Origin: Saccostrea cucullata
Taxonomy: Eukaryota
DNA: 61,426 nt
Reading direction: 5' to 3'
Assembly: GCF_032062105.1 (NCBI RefSeq)
Contig: NW_026934762.1
Coordinates: 1 to 61,426, forward strand
The position numbers and the translations under genes were made by a program. This document shows positions 1-10,354 of this stretch, one piece after another. The first letter of the stretch is position 1. The number at the start of each line of letters is the position of its first letter. The notes below the pieces were generated by a model. The model made no database searches, was not told where the DNA came from, and worked only from the letters and a program-made list of their open reading frames with translations.

Positions 1-236
1 TTTCCCCTTTATGTAACACTATTTCAGTAAGGCATTTTACATCTCAATAAAACAAGTTGGTCATGTGACCATAAATTAATTGTTATGTCATAATTAATTG
101 TCGTTTGATAGTGACGTCATAAGCGATCGACGTTATAAACACATACCGTTAGTTTGAAAAAATAACGTTATCGGTTTCAAACTTTAGTTAAGTACCTTAC
201 TATTTGTAATGAATAGTCTCAAATGTAAATATTAGT

Positions 237-390
237 AATAAGGTATCATTTTTTTGTGTTTTATTGGGCTGTAGAACGGGTTCACATGATCAAATCTTTC
301 ATAAAGCCCTTCGGGCTTTATGGGATTTTATCACGTGACCAACCCGGTTTACATCGCAAAAAAACACAAAAAATGATACCTTATTTCTTA
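237..390. repeat. Nested inverted-repeat (hairpin) module, probably the end of a non-autonomous element
   Basis: AATAAGGTATCATTTTTTTGTGTTTT pairs with AAAACACAAAAAATGATACCTTATT. Central hairpin CATAAAGCCC-TTC-GGGCTTTATG. Confidence 0.6.
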
Positions 391-695
391 TATACATTGA
401 GTATCGCTTTACAGAGCAGTTCAACCCCCCTTGTTTTACTGTTTGTTACTTCTGATGTTAAATATTTAAAAAAGAATTCAGCGATAAAAATTAATTTATA
501 ATCGTCACTTGAGGGTTTCCATAATCCATGGATGATTTTTCATCTGTTAAAAAAAATTAAACAAATTAAATCTTCACAGATACATGTATAATAGCATACT
601 TTTGTATTTAGAAAAAAACAAAACTTTTATAACTGAAATTTTCACAATAATACAAAAACAAAAAACCCTGGTAATTAAGATTAAATGATATTTAC

Positions 696-3024
696 CTAGT
701 GACGTCTGATCATCCTGGTGGTCCCCTTCACTGATGCTCCAGTCTGTACTGTGGGATACCATGGTAAGTACCAGAACTCCGGGGACCAGGGACCGTTAAG
801 GAAGGCGGAGTGACAGGAGCGGAACCACCAGCCTCCACTAGTGGTCCTGTAAGCAGCACAGTTATTATCACCCCACCCGTCATTGTCTCTGTCTGGGGTA
901 CTGAAGTACATCCCAGACAGATCATTGATAGAAGAACCTGTTTCTAACATAGAGTCTCCTGTAAAATCAAACAAGAGAAATCACAGAGATAATGGATTTA
1001 TATATCTTCAATTTAATTCTCAATAATAATACTGAGATACATGTAAGAAAGACGACTTTACGTGCTGAAAAGAGCGATAATATTTATTTTGTTCAGTTTT
1101 AAAGACCCCCGATGTCTAAATACTGGCACCTGCAGATTTAGAAAAACGATATAAAACAGAGATAATAATTATTAATTTACATCACATTGATTCTAATACT
1201 GTAGTACGTCTGATATACGCAGTTTAACGTGTTGTTTCCTGGAAAAAAGAAATAAAAATAATACAAGAGAACAAAACACTGCGCAATTCACATAGCATCC
1301 TTTCTAGTGTAACAATAAACAACAGACGTGTTACACTTTTAAGCATGGTATTATTGGGGGGGTAAAGGTCACTGGAAATTTTAGAAAACATCACAAAATG
1401 AAATTTTAAAATTTGTCCATTTCCTGTATTAAGATATATTTGAAATCATCTGAAAAGTTCATCGAATACAATTATTATTTTAAAAATCTTTATGAATCTA
1501 CCGTAATGAAAAATCAAATTATTTTCCATAGCTGTAGACAATATCGCTAAATTTGGTCTCATTAAAATATGCCGCTAAATGATATTCTTTTTCTCTATTT
1601 TTTTTTATCATTTGAGATATCAATTAAGCACGATATGTGAATATCATAGAACACACATTACTTAGTTTTAAATTTAGATCTTTATTACGCATTATAGTTT
1701 TTTACTTGCCTTAAGAATCTTTTTTATCTCCAAACTTTGAAGGAATAAAAAGTTCCTATTTGAAAGGGATTTACACTTACCGACCCAGACGTTTTGTTCC
1801 GGTGAACCGAAACCATTTTTATAATCCATCCAGTTCCTGTCAAAGATCACGGATCCGTCTATGCGTTTCTGAATTGCCTGTAAAAATTAACATGTAATAC
1901 AATTCAAGTTATTTCTTCGAACATTCATAGGATCCATATGTTTTGATATAAACTAGAATACAATCCAACAACCCTTAAAATAACCAAAATAATGTGAGTT
2001 ATATTAAGTACTTTTAATTCTAAAATAAACGACCTACCGTCCATCACCCACCCATTGTAGTCATATCGCAATACACACTGACCGGTATTGTTAGTGTATC
2101 GTAGGGGTATATATCATACACCCCTGTGATGGTTTGTCCGTTTTCTAGAAGATCCTTGCAATCTTGGGGCATGCTAGGAAAGTCTAAAAAAACATTACCA
2201 GATTCATACAATGTATATGTACAAGAAGTAGGAAGATATATAATGCCTGTATGGTATATAATTGTTAATTGTTGAAGCTAAAATGTTAACTAAATGTATA
2301 ATGTGTATTATGTTAAACTGTTCCTCATTGTCTAAATTCATTCTTGTTTTCTATTTGATACAAATCTTTGATTAAGGACATGATTAAAAGTATTTTAAAA
2401 TCAAATACAATCATTTTCAATACTCTGTTGATTGAAAGAAATGTAAAAGAGGAATACATTTGTAGATAAGATGACACACAAATTAGACACTGAAACATAT
2501 GTTGAAAAATGTAGTAAAATCATGATATATTTTATGCATGATGCAATGTATGTGAAATTGAACTATTCATAGATTCTTAGGTGGATACAATGACCATGTT
2601 TTCCAACACTTTCTATCGTATCAAACTTCAACAGATTGTAAGGCGAAAAAAATGTAAGAGAAAAAGAATTTTGTCCTCGCAAGAAGGACCTAAAAGCACA
2701 AAGAAGCAAACACAAAAAATAACAAATATACATACCGTCATCCAAGTAGTATCTCCAACCGGCCTCATCAGACAGCCCGGATGTAAGACTTTTCTTGTTG
2801 GTTCGACATTTCTTCATTTGACTGTTGAATCCAAAGAAAACGCACTCCCTTTGACACACCGCGGCGCACTAAGTTAACGAATGAGCATTATGCTCCCCTA
2901 AAAGTTCATAGTTTGACTTCTTATCATTAAGTTCGAGTTTCGCAGCATATTTCTGAGAAATAATGGTAGCTTTAGATAAAGCTAAGAAGCCTACAATTAA
3001 AGTGATAACCCACAAATTGCTCAT
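696..3024 (-). pseudogene. Secreted PAN/apple-like + fibrinogen C-terminal (FReD, ficolin/MFAP4-like) gene, disrupted. Exons 3024-2736, 2183-2038, 1877-1781, 958-696
   Basis: Exon 1 reads MSNLWVITLIVGFLALSKA (signal peptide)...SLT*CAAVCQRECVFFGFNSQMKKC...GWRYY. Exon 2 reads PQDCKDLLENGQTITGVYDIYP...VYCDMTTMGG*WT. Exon 3 reads AIQKRIDGSVIFDRNWMDYKNGFGSPEQNVWVG. The last exon reads FSTPDRDND...CAAY...GGWWFRSCHSAFLNG. All junctions are GT/AG and in compatible phase. In-frame stops: TAG at 2871-2869 and TGA at 2046-2044. Confidence 0.9.
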
Positions 3025-4575
3025 TTTTTATGTTGCGCAAAAAACTGCCGCGTTCTTGTGAATCTGTAGAAATTCTGCTAAATGGTCTTTCAACAGCAGA
3101 ATATATATATATCGTACCATAATCACAGTCTGAAATGTGATTGGCTAACTGTTACGTATTCTATATTTCACTGTTTTAAGTATCGATTTTATCGAAGTTC
3201 ATATGAATTTTCATGAATTGTCATAAACGCTTATTTTGAAATTGCAATTTAGATATAACAATGAAAGCTGTGCTGTTTTTAATTTAGTTAATGCCTGTTA
3301 TGTTATGATGTTGTACAGTGTTTTTTTTTTATTAGCTATCTTTAAAATATGGAATTTTGATATATCTTCTCCTTCATCCACTCAAACTGAATGAAATTAG
3401 AAATCAGCAATATTGAAATAAAATTCAAAGTAAAATAATCTGATTCTAAAACATAATTAAGAATATATTGAATATATATTGATTTTTCAACTTTGATACA
3501 TTAGCCAATAAATGTTAATGTAACACAATACATGTACATCATCATTGGTTTATTTACTTTTGAGTCTTAGAGAGACATACATTTGTAAAATACAATTATA
3601 ATAGAATTCTATAAGACTTCTTTTAAGCCCGTTAAAAACTTTTTTTTTTAAATGAAAAGTACTAACGGTAGATGTTTAAAATATAGAATCGTAACACGTA
3701 ATGCCTCGAGCCCGCGGAGGGGTGCTTAGCCATTATATAGACAGTGAAAGTTGAGATTTACCTTTTTGATAAGCCCCTCCCCCACCCCCACATATTGGGT
3801 GCATGAAAGCATGACGTCAATCCATGACCTAGTATATAACAAAGATATGTAGGATTAAACATTCTCATCCAACGGTCATTCCTACCGTGTGTCCCATGTT
3901 ATGATCGAGCAAATCCAAAACAAAAAAAAAATGGACAATTCAGTGTTATACAATCATAATGACGAATTGTATATAAAATGTGAGTTTACTTTGGTCTTAA
4001 TCATGGACTATATCTTATGTGACTGGGTCATTGTATCAAACACAAAACTTAAGAAATTCTCACTTAAAGCTAACTATTGATTCAATTGATTTACCACATA
4101 TTTTTACCAGTTAGCCTAGTTTTTGAAACTGCGAAAAACAGGTCTCTTAGGAATGGATCTTTAAGACTTCACTAAACAATGTCGTGTGTAATGTTCTTTA
4201 AAAAAATTATGAAAATAAAAATTAAACGTTATGAAATAGTTTTTATAATACGAGTATCACAAGGTTAGCAAATACGCGAAGAAAAAATATACATATGCAA
4301 TTTTAAAAGCAGTTACAGTATAAAACTTAAAAAACCGCGATTTTTGTTCGTTCAATAAATTTAAGAAAAGGGTTACTTAAAAAAGAATCACAAAACCTAT
4401 GTTTGATATCATTGCCCCAATTTGAGCATTGGACATCAACATAATAAGTGGTGTTGTAATGAAATCTATAAGAAATTGTGGTTGTAATGAGCCTCTTCAA
4501 ATTCTATGTGCAGTTGAATAATGGATAGGAAATCAGAGGTAAAACAATAGTGGTAGTCAATATATATGTAATATA

Positions 4576-4800
4576 CTGTCAACCAACTTTTATTCGCGAC
4601 GACTTAATTTCGCGATTTACCGAGAGTAAACTAGTTCGCGGGGATTTATTTTCGCGATCAAGCCTTTTTGGAACAGTTTTAGTGGAAAAACTTTAGTGAA
4701 GAGACTTTAAGAACGCGTTCGCGGTGAGAAATATTCGCGATGACGAGGCTCTCGCGAACCTCACAAAAATTTCTCGCACGCGAATAAAAATGATTTACAG
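4576..4800. mobile_element. MITE (TA-CTGT...ACAG-TA type)
   Basis: TA|CTGTCAACCAACTTTTATTCGCG ... CGCGAATAAAAATGATTTACAG|TA. TA flanks and internal TTCGCG repeats. Confidence 0.7.
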
Positions 4801-5587
4801 TATTTTAGCTTCGTTTTCTTTGATTTTGATTAAAAGCTTAAACAGAGGCAAGAGGTCGCGGAAGTGTAAGTATTTCCAAACTCTTTCTTAATTTTTTATT
4901 TTTTTGGGGAAATTCGCAAAATTTTAGTTTTCACTTCTCAAAAAATAGAGCACAAGCTTATTTTTCTTTGATTTTTATATATAAGATGCTTCGGATTCAA
5001 GCGTTGTTCGGAAAGTTCGTGGACTACTGCCATAAAATTAAGATCGCCTAAGATACATGTATATCAATGAATTATCCAGCGTTTAATTAGCATAAACTTT
5101 TCTATTTATATATTAAACAATGCATCATGACTTATTTTTTTTTAAATACATTGTTGGTGTTTTTGGCAATGCTTTGTCCTGGCGGGCCAAACACGAAGAT
5201 TGTGTTTTTTTCTAACCTAAATGTAACAATTATTTTTTATATGAAAACCTGTAATTTAAAAAAAAGAACGATAATTCCCTCATGTGATAATACAAAATTA
5301 TACCTCAAACACTGCAATTTTAGCACCATTTTGTAAGTCTATGAAGTTGCATAGTAATTTTATTAAAAAAAATCTCCAAACAATTTGTGAGAGGTATTGA
5401 CGTCAGAGAAGAGGATGGGTTTCTTTTTTCTAGCATGCTATAAAGTTTCACCCCCCTGGAAAAAAACTGGCATAGACGTAAGAACTATTTAAGTAGCACA
5501 TTGAATAATAAAATGCATTCAAATTACTTGTTTTTAAATACCCAAAAATATTAGAGAGACGCGAAAAGTGAAACGCAGGGGGAATAA

Positions 5588-6573
5588 GGAAGCATTCAAA
5601 ATATTCTACCTTGACTAAATCAGTGCTACATTATGACGTCATAGTAGGCAAGATGACGTCAATTCTAGAACACAAGTTTTCGTAATATTGGTATTTAGAG
5701 ATGTAATTTAACTCTAGAAAACAAATGGAAACGTGTAAATATTAACAACAATGAAATGTTCCTACGTAGTTATGCTGTATTTTGGCATTTTGATTAAAAT
5801 CTACCACCGATGACGTCATATGTGTACATCAAGTAACTTTGGAATTGATTATGTCATAGAAAGAGAATTTGGCAAAGACAGCATGTACAAAGATACGTAA
5901 AATGGAGTTTAAGAAGCAAATATCGTGAATATCTTGTAAAATTCAGATGGAGTTCAGTTAATAAATCAGGTATGCTTATTTATTTTCATTGATTATAGTC
6001 TCTTTCGAAGACAGTCAGCTATATACGTATCCCATTCGGCCTTTCCTCTGTCATTTGTGAAAAAATAATGCATTAGAACAACAATAAGCCGCATATTTCA
6101 AAACATAAAATTTGTACATATAGAAAGTTTGCCTCCTAAAATACTTGGAAAGTGCTGCTAGAATCCCGAGTTAAACATGGTTTTACGAAAAATCTCGGTT
6201 CATATGTAAAAAATTCAAAACATCGGGTAAGGTTTTTGGCAATGTGTGGAATATTTATTTTACTGACTGGACAGTGGGATTCTAGCAGCACTTTTTAGGC
6301 AAAATATATGTTTTTGAACTACATCATTTACTCAAAGAAGTTATTAAACTCCGGGGTATTGTTGTTCTGTTAGCTTTTTTATGAAGGAAAAATTCGCTAT
6401 TAATAGAAGTCACGTGATGCCGTGGTGTTGGTGCACGTGGTAGCGTTAGACACTCTTTTTATCTTTATGCAATAGATAATAATAGTTTACGTTTATCAGC
6501 GGTTTTGGTAAATTATCAAACTTAATTTTCTTTAAAAAGTCTGAATTTCCCGGAAAAAGACTTGTATGCTTCC
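5588..6573. mobile_element. Putative non-autonomous DNA element with GGAAGCAT...ATGCTTCC ends (Kolobok-like)
   Basis: ATAA|GGAAGCAT ... ATGCTTCC|TTAA. Perfect internal 17-bp inverted repeat AGTGCTGCTAGAATCCC (6151) / GGGATTCTAGCAGCACT (~6277). The right end recurs in reverse orientation at ~45721-45910. Confidence 0.4.
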
Positions 6574-7309
6574 TTAACATACCCGCGAAGTTAATGCCGA
6601 TTTCTAGTGGTGTCCAAAGTGTGTCATGTAGAAAAGTTATGTTGATCATATATGATTGACGTGGAACGCCGACAATCAAATATGCTGTTTTAATTAAGTT
6701 AGAACCTTTCACGATGTATAAATCTATTTGAAATAACATTCATTTAAATCAGGTATTCATGACATCTTTAAATTTATATAAACAAGACGAGGTTAAATCT
6801 TTCCTTGCCTCCAAGGAATCTCATAAAGATAAGTGTATTAGGTAGAGAATGAGAAAATTGAGAAACAATAACGTCATGCAACAAAATGCTGACTGCGCCG
6901 GGTAAAAAAAAATGTCTTTTTAATTTATGATAATTCGCCGGGTGAAAAAAAAATTCTTAATTTATGATAATTTTCGGGGAAAAAATGAAGGTATCAAGCT
7001 AAATTTTCAACATTTTTCTAACTTTTGTTGTTTTATGTTCCTTAAAAATATTTTAAGTATAAACTAACTTCATAGTATTAATGTTATCGCATCTGCCTTT
7101 AAATTTTTTGAACAACTTTTGCATAAGTGTATGATTGAATGACTGATTGTATATTATTTAATTTTTATTTATTTACGATAAATGACGTTGTCAGCATATC
7201 AATAAGTCAAATGCTGACTGACAGTTTTTGTACTAATTTAAAACTATTATTTACACACTGTATTGCCGATAGAATTTTGGATTTTCTCGTTATAGTCCGA
7301 TTATGACAT

Positions 7310-7458
7310 CAAGTGTGAGCGTTCGGCAGAGGGTGCTCACTCCTATATGTTCCAACGTCTAAGATTTTAGAGGTCTGTGTTTGCTTTGCTCCAAAATTTG
7401 TAATTTTATGTGGTCTTTTACGAATTTTTGTATTGTTTGTTATCTCAATATTTTTCAT
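7310..7458 (+). repeat. Degenerate dispersed repeat, probably a retroelement tail
   Basis: Similar in reverse complement to 45352-45510 (GATAAC-GAACA, AGCATCCCCTGCC, CACACCCGCC blocks). Confidence 0.45.
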
Positions 7459-7464
7459 CCAACT

Positions 7465-8190
7465 AGAAACACCTTTTGATTTTAAGATGGTTTTAAGCTG
7501 GAAAGATGCAATAATTAAACGAACCTCATTTTTAAAATCGGCTGATATCGATACCACGCCTGCTAAAACATGCTGCACCAGTCATACACAAATCTATCTC
7601 TTATTTTATCAATGTCAACATTTCTACAGGAATATTTCCAAATCAATTAAACATTTTTAAAGGTAACGCCTAAATACAGAAAAGGAGAAAAACTTGATCC
7701 TGGTAATTCTAGGACAATATCTTTCTTCCCGTATTTGTCGAAACTAATTGAAAAACATGTTGGTAATCACATCCCTAAATTCTTATGAGACTTTTATTTA
7801 CTTTGGAAATCACAATCAGGTTTCAAAGAATCACAATCATGCCAAGCTGTTCTTATTAAATTAATTGATAAATGCTTTCAAGCAACGGATACTGGTGAAC
7901 TTGTCGGTGTAACCTTTCTTGATTTCAGTAAGGCTTTTGATTTTGTGAATCATAATATTTTGATTAAAATCTTAAGCATAAAAATTGGTTGTCTCAATTT
8001 TAAACTGTGGATTTCAGAGTGTTCAACTTGGAAGTATAAAATTTGAAAAAAAAACAGTTAGTCACAGCAAGAGTGTCACAGGGATCAATTTCAGATGCAC
8101 TTCTTTTTTTTTTAAATCAATGATCTCCATTATTCATTGAAAACTCATATATTGATTAATTTGCTGATGACGCTACTCTTCTCTTTTCCG
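7465..8190 (+). pseudogene. Degenerate non-LTR retrotransposon (L2/CR1-like) reverse transcriptase fragment
   Basis: Frameshifted translation gives KVTPKYRKGEKLDPGNSRTIS, LSKLIEKHV, QSGFKESQSC, GVTFLDFSKAFDFVNHNIL, VSQGS, and FADDATL (~8160). These are LINE RT motifs in the canonical order. Confidence 0.85.
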
Positions 8191-8684
8191 ACAGCAATGT
8201 TTCCTCCGTTCAAATTATGTTATCCTCGGACATAAGTAATATATAGAAACATCCTGTTCTCGGACTCATATGATTTTGAACACTAGTTAAACAAAATGCA
8301 TGTTGTTAGGTACACATCAGAGATTATCAAAACTGACAAACCAAAATCTGAATTTACAATACAATATATAAATCAATTCTTGAGAGTGTCACGCATGAAA
8401 AATTACTTGGAATTCATATTGATAATTTACTCAATGTTACTACACATATCGATGTTGTTTGTAAATCTGTATCTGGATAGATATATGTACGCAGGATTAA
8501 GAAATATCTTACATTAAATACGAAAAAAAAGTTATTCTAAAATGCTTATACCACAATCCAAAACTAAAAGGGAAAATCAAAATTCCCTTTTTTTCACCCA
8601 AGGTTTACAATCTGAAGTCATTTTGGTCTTAAAATCCTTATATGTGTCTCCACAAGTTCCCTTTTTGAAGATTTTTTTAAAGTA

Positions 8685-9481
8685 TTTGAGGAACGTTCCT
8701 CTTTCTACACTTAATATGCATTTGTTATGACCAGAGATTTGAGGAACGTTCCTCTCTCTCTCTCCCTGAACTTCAGATGCATTTGCTATGACCAGACATT
8801 TGAGGAACGTTCCTCTCTCTGAACTTCAGATGCATTTGTTATGACCAGACATTTGAGTAACGTTCCTCTCTTACATGTGCACATACAGCGTGTATTTTTA
8901 AATACTTTAAGAATCTTAACACATGAGACATTTGAGGAACGTTCCTCTCTCAAATTCACTTTTTCTAAAGACATCTCATGAATGGTCAAACATCAGGCAT
9001 TTGAGGAGCGTTCCTCGCTCGAATTTAATTATTACTGTAGGCATCTCAAGGATTGTCAAATATCAGGCATTTGAGGAACGTTCCTCTCACAAACGGTTGT
9101 CTCATGAATTGTCAAACATTAGGCATTTCAGGAACGTTCCTCACTAAAATTTAACATTGTTCACACAGGATACTTACATGTATGAGGAACGTTCCTCTCT
9201 CAGATTTGTATATGTTGATACCTTATTCATATTAAATCAGGCATTTGAGGAACGTTCCTCTCACAAATGGTTGTATTTCTGTTGATAACTTATACCTCAT
9301 GAAGCTTGCAACCCGTGCATTTGAGGAACGTTCCTCTGTCTTGTAATGAATATCTGTTGATACATTGCAAAGCCCACTTAAAAATAACTTTAAAAGAACG
9401 TTCCTCTCTACTATTATCATGTGTTTTGTGATATTATATTAGTTTTTATCGTACATGAAGAATTTGGGAAACATTTCTCTC
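8685..9481. repeat. Left subterminal array: ~13 copies of TTTGAGGAACGTTCCTCTC with spacers of variable length and sequence
   Basis: Copies near 8685, 8738, 8799, 8852, 8931, 9000, 9070, 9126, 9181, 9244, 9320, 9390 and 9463, with period ~53-80 bp. Confidence 0.9.
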
Positions 9482-10205
9482 TTGCAGTACATATTCATAG
9501 AAACATTTTTTATCTGTACACACTCTACAAAATATTTATGAAAAATCAGTTTGTCATTTTATAAAGTACTTTTTGAATTAAGGCTTTCTTAAAGCATAAT
9601 ATAAACTAGGTACAGGAACAAACAAATTTTTCACTTCGGAACAAGCATGTGCAATGTCCAGTGTTCAAGTGTCAACTAAAAGGGCTTTTTCACTGAATGG
9701 CAGTGTGATCACATATTACAATGTCTCGGTTAACAGGTTAATACCCACAGTATTTTTCCTTTCTACCACGAAATTAAACCAAAGTTGTGATGAAGGTCAA
9801 CCATGTTTCTTTCTCGGTTACATCTTTCCCTCATAATAGAGACGATTCCAATTCCTTGGTCTCCAAAGGTTCATAGCATTTTTTCATCAGTCACAGTAAA
9901 ACAGCCTCAACAAGTTTCTTGGGTGTCATCTTCTGTAGGAAAAATCTCACATTCAGTACAGCGGCATGTCGTATTATCAAAGACGTGATTTAGAATAATC
10001 GAAACAATGTGTACATAATAACAAGTTTGGATGTCTCATCTAAAAATTAAATAGACTGGAAAAATCGATATTAAAAAAAATGCAAAACTTAAATTAAAAT
10101 TTTGAACTTTAAATTGCCCATGATTTATGAAAGTATTTCCATACCGTATTAAGAATATTGCAAAATTGACACTTTGTATCTTTCTCATACTATTTTAATG
10201 AAATA

Positions 10206-10354
10206 CTGTAAATGTTTTATATTTAGAGTGTACTATATTTGGCGGAAGTTGATATTTTAATAAGTTAGAGTAGGTATGATTTAGCGCATTTTAATGTTTT
10301 ATGTTTAAGACATTTAGCGTTGTACTTAAATTACCAAATGTAACACGTTTACAG
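10206..10354. mobile_element. Small MITE nested in the foldback element
   Basis: TA|CTGTAAATGT ... ACACGTTTACAG|TA. Confidence 0.55.

Noticed and set aside
8545-8551. TSD for the foldback element
   Set aside because: The flanks CTTATAC and TTTTATA give no adjacent direct repeat, so the superfamily cannot be confirmed from a TSD.
8685-9481. Bona fide CRISPR array
   Set aside because: Eukaryotic context, no cas genes, irregular spacer lengths, several spacers related to each other, and the array is mirrored inside transposon arms.
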